A stretch of 64,000 nt of DNA from Thiobacillus sp. Its GTDB lineage: Bacteria > Pseudomonadota > Gammaproteobacteria > Burkholderiales > Thiobacillaceae. How positions within the stretch are numbered: position 1 is the stretch's first letter; each line of letters starts with the position of its first letter. The notes beneath the pieces were generated by a model that was given only the letters and a program-made list of their open reading frames with translations, was not told where the DNA came from and did not search any database. The position numbers were made by a program, and so were the translations under genes. Below are positions 9,979-19,239 of the stretch, piece by piece. The DNA lies in assembly GCA_024709165.1 (NCBI GenBank), contig JANJXF010000027.1:2718-66717 (forward strand), written 5' to 3'.

Positions 9979-11180
9979 TGCTGTGGAACACGCTGCTTCT
10001 CGCCCTGCGCGCGATCCGGCGCAATTTGCTGCGCTCGTTTCTCACCATTCTTGGCATCGTCATTGGTGTGGCCGCCGTCATCACCATGGTCACCCTGGGA
10101 AACGGCGCCACGCGTTCCGTGTCCGACCAGATCGCCAGCATGGGCAGCAACCTGTTGCTGGTGATGCCCGGTCAGCGCTTCGGGCCCGGATCCGAAGGTG
10201 CGCAGCCCTTCAAGAGCAGCGACGTCGAAGCCATTCACAGCCAGATTTCTGCGGTTGACGTGGTCGCGCCGGTGGTCAACAAGGCGGCGACCGCGGTGTA
10301 TCAGGCCAACAACTGGTCCACCGTCGTGACCGGCAGCAGCAACGAATACTTCCAGGCCGGCAACTGGGTGCTCGCTGCGGGACGCGTCTTCAACGAGGCG
10401 GAGGAACGTTCCGGCAAGGCAGTATGCGTGATCGGAGAGACGGTGCGCGAAAAGCTGTTCGGCGGGCAGAATCCGGTCGGCAGCGATATCCGCATCAAAC
10501 AGTTCGCCTGCGAGGTGATCGGTCTGCTCAAGCCCAAGGGACAATCGGCCATGGGTTCCGACCAGGACGACACCGTGGTCATGCCGCTGCGCACCGTGCA
10601 GCGCCGTCTTGCTGGCAGTACCGACATCACGCGCCTGAGCGTTGCGGTGAAGGCGGGCGCCTCGATTGACGCGACCAAAAAGCAGCTCGGCGAGCTGCTG
10701 CGCGAACGGCGCAATATCGGCGAGAGCGAGGACGACGACTTCCGTGTCATGGACACGCGGCAGATCGCCGAGATGCTCACCAGCACCACACGCATCCTCA
10801 CCATGCTGCTGGGCGCGGTGGCGGCTGTGAGCCTGCTCGTCGGCGGCATCGGCATCATGAACATCATGCTGGTGTCCGTGACCGAACGCACGCGCGAAAT
10901 CGGCATCCGTCTTGCGATCGGTGCGCTGGAACGCGAAGTGCTGCTGCAGTTCCTCATCGAGGCCGTGGTGCTGGCGAGTCTTGGCGGCCTCGTCGGCATC
11001 GCGCTGGCCACTGTGGCCTCGATCACGCTTGCCAACGTGATGCAGATTCCCTATCTGTTCGACCCGGCCATCAACCTGCTGTCCTTCCTGTTCTCCGCCG
11101 GTATCGGCGTGATCTTCGGCTTCTTCCCTGCGCGCCGCGCGGCGCAGCTCGACCCCATCGACGCGTTGCGGCACGAGTAG
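9978..11180 (+). CDS. MacB/FtsX-type ABC permease
   Basis: RSFLTILGIVIGV, GGIGIMNIMLVSVTERTREIG and PIDALRHE motifs. Confidence 0.93.
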   Translation: MLWNTLLLALRAIRRNLLRSFLTILGIVIGVAAVITMVTLGNGATRSVSDQIASMGSNLLLVMPGQRFGPGSEGAQPFKSSDVEAIHSQISAVDVVAPVVNKAATAVYQANNWSTVVTGSSNEYFQAGNWVLAAGRVFNEAEERSGKAVCVIGETVREKLFGGQNPVGSDIRIKQFACEVIGLLKPKGQSAMGSDQDDTVVMPLRTVQRRLAGSTDITRLSVAVKAGASIDATKKQLGELLRERRNIGESEDDDFRVMDTRQIAEMLTSTTRILTMLLGAVAAVSLLVGGIGIMNIMLVSVTERTREIGIRLAIGALEREVLLQFLIEAVVLASLGGLVGIALATVASITLANVMQIPYLFDPAINLLSFLFSAGIGVIFGFFPARRAAQLDPIDALRHE

Positions 11181-11312
11181 TCGATCCGACCCGTAGTGCG
11201 GTCGGCCACCGCTGGACCCACAACTCAAGACGCGATCCGTGACTCGCCACACGCGCTCCGCGGGGGGGGGCGCACGTCTGCGAGCACGGACCGAATTTTC
11301 TTGCCGCTGCCC

Positions 11313-11361
11313 TTGACATCGCGCAATGGTCTGCATAAAGTAAGTATTCAGTAACTTACTT
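11313..11361 (+). promoter_or_regulatory. Sigma70 promoter with overlapping palindromic operator
   Basis: TTGACA (11313-11318), 17-bp spacer, TAAAGT (11336-11341); inverted repeat AAGTAAGT-N8-ACTTACTT (11338-11361). Confidence 0.75.
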
Positions 11362-11380
11362 GTGGCCGGCGCCTGCCGGA

Positions 11381-12901
11381 ATGTCCATGGATACGATCCT
11401 GAAATCCGTGTCCCGCACGCTGCTCGCCCTGGCGCTGCTGGGCGGCGGCTTTGCTCACGCCGCCGATCCGCTGTCATTGACGGAAGCCTTGACCCGCGCG
11501 GCAGCGACCAATCCGGCGATTCTTCAGCAGCAGGCGGAGGTGGAGAAGCAGACGCTGGAGCAGGGCATCGCGCGCGGCCAGCGGCTGCCGCGTGTCGATC
11601 TCAATGCGGATTACACGCGCTACGCCTATTCCACCCTCATCACGCCGATCCGTGCACCCGGAGTTTTTCCGCCCATGGACCGCGACGTCGCAAACATCGG
11701 TCTCGCCCTGAGCCTGCCGCTCTACAGCGGCGGCAAGCTGGTCGCCGGCGAGGCGCTGGCCGCGCACAACCGCGAGGCCGTGCTGCAGTCGCTGCGCGCC
11801 AGTGAACAGGATCTGCTGTTCAACGTCGTCGCAGCGTATACCAAGGCGCTGCATTTCCGTGAGCTCGGCAGCGTGCTGGATGCCCGCATCAAGGCATTGC
11901 AGCAACAGGAGAAAGACATCGGCCTGCGCCTGGAGCAGGGTCGCGCCGCCCGTCTCGATCTGATCCGTCTGCAGACCCAGCTTTCCCAGGCGCGCTATGA
12001 CAAGGTCTCCGTCACCCAGGGCGAAGCCGACGCGCGCGCCCTGCTCGCCGCGCTGTTGGGAGAAGCGGGGCCGGTGGCGCCGCTTGCCGACCTCGGCCCC
12101 ACCGCGCCTGTTCTGCCCGGCACACAGGACGCGGCGCTTGCGCGTGCGCTCGCGCGGCGTCCCGATCTGCTGAAGCTCGACGCGATGGGACTTGCGGCAC
12201 AGCAGAGAACGGCCATCGCACGGGGAGATCGCCTGCCGCAGATCAATCTGACGGCCAAGGTCCAGGAGAGCGCGGGCAGCGACTGGACGGGGCACGACGA
12301 CTGGAATATGGGCCTGCGCCTGAACCTGCCGGTTTTCGATGGCGACATCCGCAAGCGACGGGTCGAGCAGGCCACACTCGAACAGAGACAGGTGCGCCTG
12401 CAGCGCGACGACGCGCACAACCGGATTGCAAGTGAGGTGGAGCAGGCATTCGGCGCGCTGACCGAGGCGCGCGCGCGGCTGGAATTCGCCAGCCAGGGCG
12501 AGATCGAAGCGCGCGAGGCGCTGCGTATCGAGAATCTGCGCTATCACGGTGGCGAGAGCACGATCACCGATCTGCTTGGTGCCGAGGCCGCGCTGTGGTC
12601 GGCCACTGCGAACCGCCTGCAGGCCGGTTACGACATCACCGCGAGCCAGGCGCGCCTGCTGCGCGCGATGGGTGAACTCGCGCCCGACAGCTTCGGTTCT
12701 TCGACTTCCGGAGGAAACCCATCCACCGTTCCGCTGACGACGAATTCTCGTCTCGAACACTATCTGGCATGGCATCGCTGCGGCTTCACCTGCATGGAAC
12801 CGGTCGGGACCGTGGCGCCGGACGCTGCCGTATCACCCCATCCACGCCGCATCGCAGCCGACCGCCCGGAGCGACCCCTTCAGCAAGGAGCACACCTATG
12901 A
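11381..12901 (+). CDS. TolC-family outer-membrane factor with C-terminal extension
   Basis: Signal peptide ending AHA; two OEP repeats (LSLPLYSGG, LNLPVFDG). Confidence 0.88.
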   Translation: MSMDTILKSVSRTLLALALLGGGFAHAADPLSLTEALTRAAATNPAILQQQAEVEKQTLEQGIARGQRLPRVDLNADYTRYAYSTLITPIRAPGVFPPMDRDVANIGLALSLPLYSGGKLVAGEALAAHNREAVLQSLRASEQDLLFNVVAAYTKALHFRELGSVLDARIKALQQQEKDIGLRLEQGRAARLDLIRLQTQLSQARYDKVSVTQGEADARALLAALLGEAGPVAPLADLGPTAPVLPGTQDAALARALARRPDLLKLDAMGLAAQQRTAIARGDRLPQINLTAKVQESAGSDWTGHDDWNMGLRLNLPVFDGDIRKRRVEQATLEQRQVRLQRDDAHNRIASEVEQAFGALTEARARLEFASQGEIEAREALRIENLRYHGGESTITDLLGAEAALWSATANRLQAGYDITASQARLLRAMGELAPDSFGSSTSGGNPSTVPLTTNSRLEHYLAWHRCGFTCMEPVGTVAPDAAVSPHPRRIAADRPERPLQQGAHL

Positions 12902-13899
12902 ACAAGAAGATCGTGATCGCAGCCGTGGTCGTCGCGGCAGGCGTTGGTGCCGCCGCGCTGTGGAAGTTCGCGCCATGGGACGTACCGCCGGACGGCGGCT
13001 CGGTGTTTGCCTCGGGGACGGTGGACGCCACCGAGGTCGTGGTGTCTTTCCGCGTGCCCGGCACGTTGCGCCGGCGGCCGGTGGAAGAAGGCAGCGTGGT
13101 CAAGGCCGGCGATCTTGTCGCCGCGCTCGACGACCGTGAGGCGCTTGCGCGCCTGCAACAGGCGGAAGCCGCCAAACAGGCCGCGCAGGCGCGTCTGGCC
13201 GATCTGGAGCAGGGCTACCGCCCGCAGGAAATCGCCGAAGCACGCGCCCAGGCCGAACAGGCGCGTGCCAATCTCGCCCACCTGGAGGATGAGGCGAAGC
13301 GCTCCGAGACCCTGTTCGAAGGCGGCGCCACCAGCCGCCAGCGCCAGGACCGCGACCGCACCGCGGCGGCCGTCGCCGCACAACAATACAAGGCCGTGCA
13401 GGAACGCCTGAAGCTGTTGCAGGGCGGCTATCGCCCCGAGACCATCCGTGCCGCCGCGGCACAACTTGAGGAGGCGGGTGCCGCGGTCGCGGCCGCGCGT
13501 GTCGCGCTGGAGGATCTGCAGGCGACCATCCCGCTTGCCGGCGTGGTTACCCGCACTCATGCCGAAGTCGGCGAAACCCTTGGCGCAGGCCGTCCGGTGG
13601 CGAGCGTCACCGACATCTCGCGCCCATGGATACGTGTCTACATCCCGGAAAACCTGATCGGCAAGGTGCGTCTGGGCATGACGGCCAAGGTGACGGTCGA
13701 CACCTTTCCCGACCGCGCATTCTCCGGTCGCGTGAGCTATGTCTCCCCGCAGGCCGAGTTCACGCCAAAAAATGTGCAGACGCAGGAAGAGCGCGTCAAA
13801 CTGGTATTCGCGGTCAACGTGACCGTGGACAACACCGATGGCACCCTGAAACCCGGCATGCCGGCCGACGTGACGATCGCGGGCGAGAGCCGGCCATGA
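12898..13899 (+). CDS. HlyD/YbhG-like adaptor
   Basis: SGTVDATEV, GYRPQEI and AEFTPKNVQTQEERVKLVF motifs. Confidence 0.9.
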   Translation: MNKKIVIAAVVVAAGVGAAALWKFAPWDVPPDGGSVFASGTVDATEVVVSFRVPGTLRRRPVEEGSVVKAGDLVAALDDREALARLQQAEAAKQAAQARLADLEQGYRPQEIAEARAQAEQARANLAHLEDEAKRSETLFEGGATSRQRQDRDRTAAAVAAQQYKAVQERLKLLQGGYRPETIRAAAAQLEEAGAAVAAARVALEDLQATIPLAGVVTRTHAEVGETLGAGRPVASVTDISRPWIRVYIPENLIGKVRLGMTAKVTVDTFPDRAFSGRVSYVSPQAEFTPKNVQTQEERVKLVFAVNVTVDNTDGTLKPGMPADVTIAGESRP

Positions 13900-14828
13900 G
13901 CGAAGCCGCCATTCGCACCCGTGATCTCGGCCGCGCTTTTGGCGAACTGTGGGCGGTGCGCGGGCTGGATCTCGAGGTCAGACGCGGCGAAATCTTCGGC
14001 CTGGTCGGCCCCGACGGCGCCGGCAAGACCACCGCCATGCGCATGCTCACCGGCATTCTCGCAGCGAGCGAGGGCGAGGCCGAAGTCGCGGGATTTTCCA
14101 TACGCGGCGGCGAGGAGGACATCAAGCGACGCATCAGCTACATGTCGCAACGCTTCGGCCTGTACGGCGACCTAAGCGTGGAAGAGAACCTGCGCTTTTA
14201 CGCCGACCTCTATGAGGTGCCGCGCCGCGAGCGCGAACCTCTCGAGGAACGCCTGCTCGGCTTTTCCAACCTGACGCCGTTCCGCAAACGTCTGGCGCGT
14301 AACCTGTCCGGCGGCATGAAACAGAAGCTCGGACTCGCCTGCGCGCTCATCCACAAGCCGGAAATCCTGTTTCTGGACGAGCCGACCAACGGCGTCGATC
14401 CGGTGTCGCGACGCGATTTCTGGCGCATTCTCTATGCCATGCTGAAAGAAGGCGTGACGATTTTCGTTTCCACTGCCTATCTCGATGAGGCCGAGCGGTG
14501 CAGCCGGGTCGGCCTCATGCACCGCGGCCGGCTGATCCAGTGCGACACGCCGCAACAGCTCAAGCAGGGCATGGCCGGCCAGCTTCTGGAACTGGAAATC
14601 GAACGCCCACGAGCGGCGCGCGAGGCGTTGGCCGTGGAATTCGGTGCCCAGCGCGTCAGCCTGTTCGGCGGCACCCTGCATGTTCACGCCGACGACGACG
14701 CGGACGCCGAGGCCGCGCTGCGCATCCTGGCGCAGGCCGGGTTCGTCGTGCAAGCAAAAAGGCTCATCACTCCGAGTCTGGAGGATGTGTTCATCCGCTA
14801 TGTCGGCGAGGACGAGGCGCACGGATGA
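13896..14828 (+). CDS. ABC ATP-binding protein (YbhF N-half-like)
   Basis: GPDGAGKT, LSGGMKQKL and LDEPTNGVDPVSRRDFW motifs. Confidence 0.9.
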   Translation: MSEAAIRTRDLGRAFGELWAVRGLDLEVRRGEIFGLVGPDGAGKTTAMRMLTGILAASEGEAEVAGFSIRGGEEDIKRRISYMSQRFGLYGDLSVEENLRFYADLYEVPRREREPLEERLLGFSNLTPFRKRLARNLSGGMKQKLGLACALIHKPEILFLDEPTNGVDPVSRRDFWRILYAMLKEGVTIFVSTAYLDEAERCSRVGLMHRGRLIQCDTPQQLKQGMAGQLLELEIERPRAAREALAVEFGAQRVSLFGGTLHVHADDDADAEAALRILAQAGFVVQAKRLITPSLEDVFIRYVGEDEAHG

Positions 14829-15778
14829 GTACGCAACCGGCCGTCGAAGTGCGCGAACTGACGCGCAAGTTCGGTGACTTCGTCGCCGTCGACCGTGTGT
14901 CGCTCACCGTGGCGAAGGGCGAAGTGTTCGGCTTTCTCGGCCCCAACGGCGCGGGCAAGTCGACCACCATCCGCATGCTGTGCGGGTTGCTGCTGCCAAG
15001 CTCGGGTGAAGGCAGCGTGGCCGGCTTTGACATCATGACCGAGTCGGAAACCATCAAGCGCCACATCGGCTACATGTCGCAGAAATTTTCCCTCTACGAC
15101 GACCTCAGCGTGGAAGAGAACATCGATTTCTACGCCGGCATCTACAACGTGCCGCGCGCCAGGCGCCGCGAGCGCAAGGACTGGGTGCTGGACATGGCGG
15201 GGCTCTCGGACAAGCGCGATCTTCTCACCAGGGCGCTGGCGGGTGGCTGGAAACAGCGCCTCGCGCTCGGCTGCGCGGTGCTGCACGAACCGCCCATCGT
15301 GTTTCTCGACGAACCCACTTCGGGTGTCGATCCACTGTCGCGCCGCCAGTTCTGGGATCTCATCGCGCAGATGTCGCATCGCGGCACGACGGTGTTCGTC
15401 ACCACCCACTACATGGAGGAAGCCGAATACTGCGACGAGCTCGCGCTCATCTACCGCGGCCGGATGATCGCCAAGGGCAAGCCTGCCGAGCTGAAGAGCC
15501 TGATTCCGGAGGACATCCTCGAACTACGCGTCGATCGCCCCTTCGAGGCGCTGGAACGACTGGAATCGTCCGGACTGGTGAAGGACGTCGCGCTGTTCGG
15601 CGACACCTTGCACGCGGTGGTCGGTGACGCCGCAGCGGACGGCGCGGCAGTAGGCGAATTTCTCGCGCGACAAGGGTTCGCCGCGCAGGGCATCACCCAG
15701 GTGTTGCCATCGATGGAAGATGTGTTCGTGTCACTGATCGAACTTGAGGACCGCCGCGAACAAGAGGAGCGGTCATGA
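14825..15778 (+). CDS. ABC ATP-binding protein (YbhF C-half-like)
   Basis: GPNGAGKS, GGWKQRL, LDEPTSGVDP and TTHYMEEAEYC motifs. Confidence 0.9.
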   Translation: MSTQPAVEVRELTRKFGDFVAVDRVSLTVAKGEVFGFLGPNGAGKSTTIRMLCGLLLPSSGEGSVAGFDIMTESETIKRHIGYMSQKFSLYDDLSVEENIDFYAGIYNVPRARRRERKDWVLDMAGLSDKRDLLTRALAGGWKQRLALGCAVLHEPPIVFLDEPTSGVDPLSRRQFWDLIAQMSHRGTTVFVTTHYMEEAEYCDELALIYRGRMIAKGKPAELKSLIPEDILELRVDRPFEALERLESSGLVKDVALFGDTLHAVVGDAAADGAAVGEFLARQGFAAQGITQVLPSMEDVFVSLIELEDRREQEERS

Positions 15779-16899
15779 AGCGACGCGCCTTTTCCTGGAT
15801 CCGCCTGTGGGCGCTGGTGAAGAAGGAATCCATCCACATCGTGCGCGACCCGCGTTCGCTGGCGATGGCCTTTCTCATGCCGCTGATCCTGCTGATCCTG
15901 TTCGGCTATGCCATTACCATGGATATCAAGACGCTCAACCTGGCGGTCTACGACCAGGACCGGAGCGCAGCCAGCCGGCAGTACCTGGAGAGTTTCCCAG
16001 CCTCGAACTATTTCACCGTGGTGGCAGCGGTGGACAGCTACGCGGCGGCGCGCGAGGAGCTCGACCGCGGCCGGGCGCACCTTGCTCTGGTCATCCCCCG
16101 ACAGTTTGCACGCGATCTCGAACAGGGGCGCAACGCGCAGGTGCAGGTCATCGCCGACGGCTCTGATGCCAACACCGCGACCATCGCCCTGGGGTATGTC
16201 GAGGGGATCACCAACCGCTTCATCGGTGCGCAGCAGGGGCGCACGATCGAGCTTGCCGTCGATAACCGGGTGCGGGTCTGGTACAACCCGGAGCTGAAAA
16301 GCCGCTGGTTCATCATCCCCGGACTCATCGCCGTGATCATGACCGTGATCACAGCCCTGCTGACGTCGCTCACCGTGTCGCGCGAGTGGGAAAGTGGCAC
16401 CATGGAGCAGCTGATCGCCACGCCGGTGCAGCCGCTCGAACTTTTCCTCGGCAAGATGACGCCGTATTTCGTCATCGGCGTCGCCGACGTGCTGTTCTCG
16501 GTGGCGATGGGCGTGTGGGTGTTCGGTGTTCCGCTGCGGGGCAGCTTCCTTTTCCTGCTCGGTGTCACCGCGATGTTCCTGGTGGGTGGACTCAGTCTCG
16601 GCATCATGGTGTCGACCATCGCGCGCTCGCAGCTCGTGGCGAGCCAGCTCGCCATGGTGGTCACCTTTCTGCCCGCCTTCCTGCTTTCCGGATTCCTGTA
16701 TTCGATCGACAACATGCCGCGCTTCCTGCAGGCGGTCACCCACGTGGTGCAGGCGCGCTACTTCGTCGAGGTGCTGAAGAACATCTTCCTCAAGGCCTCT
16801 CCGCCGTCGTTTGTCGCGGACGACCTGATTTTTCTAGGCTTGTTCGCGGTGGTGGTATTTGCCATCGCCCTGGGCAAGTTCCGCAAGAAGCTGAGCTGA
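15775..16899 (+). CDS. ABC-2 permease (YbhS-like)
   Basis: KKESIHIVRD, WYNPEL and REWESGTMEQL motifs. Confidence 0.9.
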   Translation: MKRRAFSWIRLWALVKKESIHIVRDPRSLAMAFLMPLILLILFGYAITMDIKTLNLAVYDQDRSAASRQYLESFPASNYFTVVAAVDSYAAAREELDRGRAHLALVIPRQFARDLEQGRNAQVQVIADGSDANTATIALGYVEGITNRFIGAQQGRTIELAVDNRVRVWYNPELKSRWFIIPGLIAVIMTVITALLTSLTVSREWESGTMEQLIATPVQPLELFLGKMTPYFVIGVADVLFSVAMGVWVFGVPLRGSFLFLLGVTAMFLVGGLSLGIMVSTIARSQLVASQLAMVVTFLPAFLLSGFLYSIDNMPRFLQAVTHVVQARYFVEVLKNIFLKASPPSFVADDLIFLGLFAVVVFAIALGKFRKKLS

Positions 16900-16907
16900 G
16901 GCGCGCC

Positions 16908-18011
16908 ATGTGGGAACGCATCTATCGCATGCTGGTGAAGGAGTTCATCCAGGTCCTGCGCGACCCGCGCATGAAGGCGCTGATCTTCGTCATGCCGGTG
17001 GTTCAGCTGATCATGTTCGGCTATGCCGTGACCACTGACGTCGAGCACATCAAGACGGCGGTATGCGACCTCGACAAGAGTCCGCAAAGCCGCGCCCTGA
17101 TCGAGCGCTTTACCGCGTCCGGTTATTTCGACGTGGTGGCGCACGTCGAACGTCCGGGCGAGTTGGGCGAACTGCTCGACCGCAGCAAGGCGATCATTGC
17201 CGTCCAGATCAACCGCGGTTTCGCCGACGACCTGCGTGCCGGACGGCAGGCGGCAATCCAGACGCTGGTGGACGGCACCGATTCCAACACCGGCACCGTG
17301 GCGATGGACTATGCGCAGCGCATCACCCAGGCGTACGCGCGTGAATGGGCGGGCGAGGTCGACGCGGCCCCCGTGGAACTGCGTTCGCGTGCCTGGTTCA
17401 ACCCTGACCTCAAGAGCCGCTATTTCAACGTGCCGGGCGTGATTGCCGTGGTGTTGCTGCTGATCTCGCTGCTGCTCACCGCGATGGCCATCGTGCGCGA
17501 ACGCGAAATCGGCACCATGGAACAATTGATGGTGACGCCGATCCGCCCGCTCGAACTCATCCTCGGCAAGACCCTGCCTTTCGTGCTGATCAGCTTCGTC
17601 GATGTGCTGGTGGTGACCGCGATCGGCGTCAGCTGGTTCGACGTGCCGATCCGCGGCAGCCTGCTGCTGTTGCTGTTTGGCTCCGGCCTGTATCTGATGT
17701 CCACCATCGGTATCGGTCTGTTCATCTCGACCGTGTCGCAGACGCAGCAGCAGGCGCTGATGTCCTCGTTCTTCTTCTATCTGCCCGCGGTGCTGCTGTC
17801 CGGCTTCATGTTTCCCATTTCGAACATGCCCGAGCCGGCCCAGTGGCTCACCTATCTCAACCCATTGCGTTATTTCCTGGAAATCATTCGCGCAATCTTC
17901 CTCAAAGGCAACGGACTGGATGTCCTCTGGCCCCAGTTCGCCGCACTGGTGGCGCTTGGTGTCGCGCTGCTCACGGTCAGCTCTCTGCGCTTTCAGAAAA
18001 GGCTGAGCTGA
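16908..18011 (+). CDS. ABC-2 permease (YbhR-like)
   Basis: KEFIQVLRD, WFNPDL, REREIGTMEQL and NPLRYF motifs. Confidence 0.9.
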   Translation: MWERIYRMLVKEFIQVLRDPRMKALIFVMPVVQLIMFGYAVTTDVEHIKTAVCDLDKSPQSRALIERFTASGYFDVVAHVERPGELGELLDRSKAIIAVQINRGFADDLRAGRQAAIQTLVDGTDSNTGTVAMDYAQRITQAYAREWAGEVDAAPVELRSRAWFNPDLKSRYFNVPGVIAVVLLLISLLLTAMAIVREREIGTMEQLMVTPIRPLELILGKTLPFVLISFVDVLVVTAIGVSWFDVPIRGSLLLLLFGSGLYLMSTIGIGLFISTVSQTQQQALMSSFFFYLPAVLLSGFMFPISNMPEPAQWLTYLNPLRYFLEIIRAIFLKGNGLDVLWPQFAALVALGVALLTVSSLRFQKRLS

Positions 18012-18038
18012 CATGGAAACCGGTTCGCCCAACGCGGT

Positions 18039-18066
18039 CGCCGATGAAGATCGGCGCCTTCTTTTT
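18039..18066 (+). terminator. Possible intrinsic terminator
   Basis: CGCCGAT-GAAG-ATCGGCG stem followed by CCTTCTTTTT. Confidence 0.45.
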
Positions 18067-18091
18067 ATCAGCTCCGACAAGGAAATCGATC

Positions 18092-18514
18092 ATGAACGCT
18101 TTGCATCCCCCGCGCAGTACCGGCCTGCTGGCCACTTCCATTCTCGCCGCCCTGTTCGGCCTGCTGACGTTGAAGGAGGGTGGCACGGTCCTGTTCGGAA
18201 GCGCAGCGGCGCGTGCCGCCGCCGGTCATTATGTGCCTTTCGTTCTCTGGTTCAATTTCCTCGCAGGTTTCGCCTACGTCGCCGCGGGTGCCGGCCTGTG
18301 GCTGCACCGGCGCTGGGCCGCCTGGCTCGCCTTCGCCATCGTCGGCGCGACCGCGGTCGTCTTTGCAGCATTCGGGGTGCACATCCTTTTCGGCGGCGCG
18401 TTCGAGCTGCGAACGGTCATTGCGATGAGTGCACGCACTCTGATCTGGGCTGCCATTGCGGCTGTGGCCTGGCGTGTGTTGCTGCGCACGCCCGCTGTGG
18501 TGGCGGCGCAATGA
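18092..18514 (+). CDS. Hypothetical 4-TM membrane protein
   Basis: AAGGA RBS; four hydrophobic segments; GHYVPFVLWFNFLAGFAY. Confidence 0.75.
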   Translation: MNALHPPRSTGLLATSILAALFGLLTLKEGGTVLFGSAAARAAAGHYVPFVLWFNFLAGFAYVAAGAGLWLHRRWAAWLAFAIVGATAVVFAAFGVHILFGGAFELRTVIAMSARTLIWAAIAAVAWRVLLRTPAVVAAQ

Positions 18515-19239
18515 AGCTGCGCCGGCTTGGGAGCGTCGTGGTCGCTCTGTCGCTTGCCGGGTGGATGCAGATGGTGGGCGCCAGCGAGCCAAAGGCGGCG
18601 TCCAACCACGCTGCACAAACGAAACCGAATTTTTCTGGCGACTGGCAACTCAATGCAAAGGCCAGCGACGATCCGCGGACGAAGCTGCGCGAGGCGATGC
18701 AGGTATCGCGCCAGGCGACGGATGGTGGGCGCGGCATGGGTGGGGGTATGGGTCGGGGAGGGCGCGGCAAGGGACGCGGCGACATGGGCGGCGCCGGTGG
18801 CGCGGGTGGCATGGGTGGCGCGAGCGCGGAATTGTCCGGCCAGCTGGCGGTGGCGCAGAGGCTGCACATCAACCATGAAGACCCGGTATTGCTCATCGTC
18901 GACGAAAACGAGCGGCCACAGCGTCTGTACACGGATTTTCGTGGCGGCAGCGTGTCCGCGGGCGGCGGGCTCGAGCAGCGCGTGTCCGTTGCCGGCTGGG
19001 AAGGTGGCGCGCTGGTGGTCGAGACCACAATGCTGGGCAGAAAAACCGTCCAGCAATATGTGTTCGACAAGGTGAACGAACAGCTCCTCGTCACCACGCA
19101 CGCCGAGGTGTCGAGCATGCCCCGGGTGTCATACCGTCTGGTGTACGACCGCGTGAAACCTGACCCGCACGGACAATTCGCTGCGGCGACGTCCGCCGGC
19201 GCCGAACGCACCGTATCACAGGAGGAGACGCGACGATGA
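18511..19239 (+). CDS. Exported hypothetical protein, possibly lipocalin-like, with Gly/Met-rich insert
   Basis: Signal peptide; PNFSGDWQLN; GGRGMGGGMGRGG tract; 4-bp overlaps with both neighbours. Confidence 0.7.
   Translation: MKLRRLGSVVVALSLAGWMQMVGASEPKAASNHAAQTKPNFSGDWQLNAKASDDPRTKLREAMQVSRQATDGGRGMGGGMGRGGRGKGRGDMGGAGGAGGMGGASAELSGQLAVAQRLHINHEDPVLLIVDENERPQRLYTDFRGGSVSAGGGLEQRVSVAGWEGGALVVETTMLGRKTVQQYVFDKVNEQLLVTTHAEVSSMPRVSYRLVYDRVKPDPHGQFAAATSAGAERTVSQEETRR

Noticed and set aside
18720-18830. GGC/GGT-rich repetitive DNA
   Set aside because: Explained by the Gly-rich coding tract; not a CRISPR array or separate repeat element.
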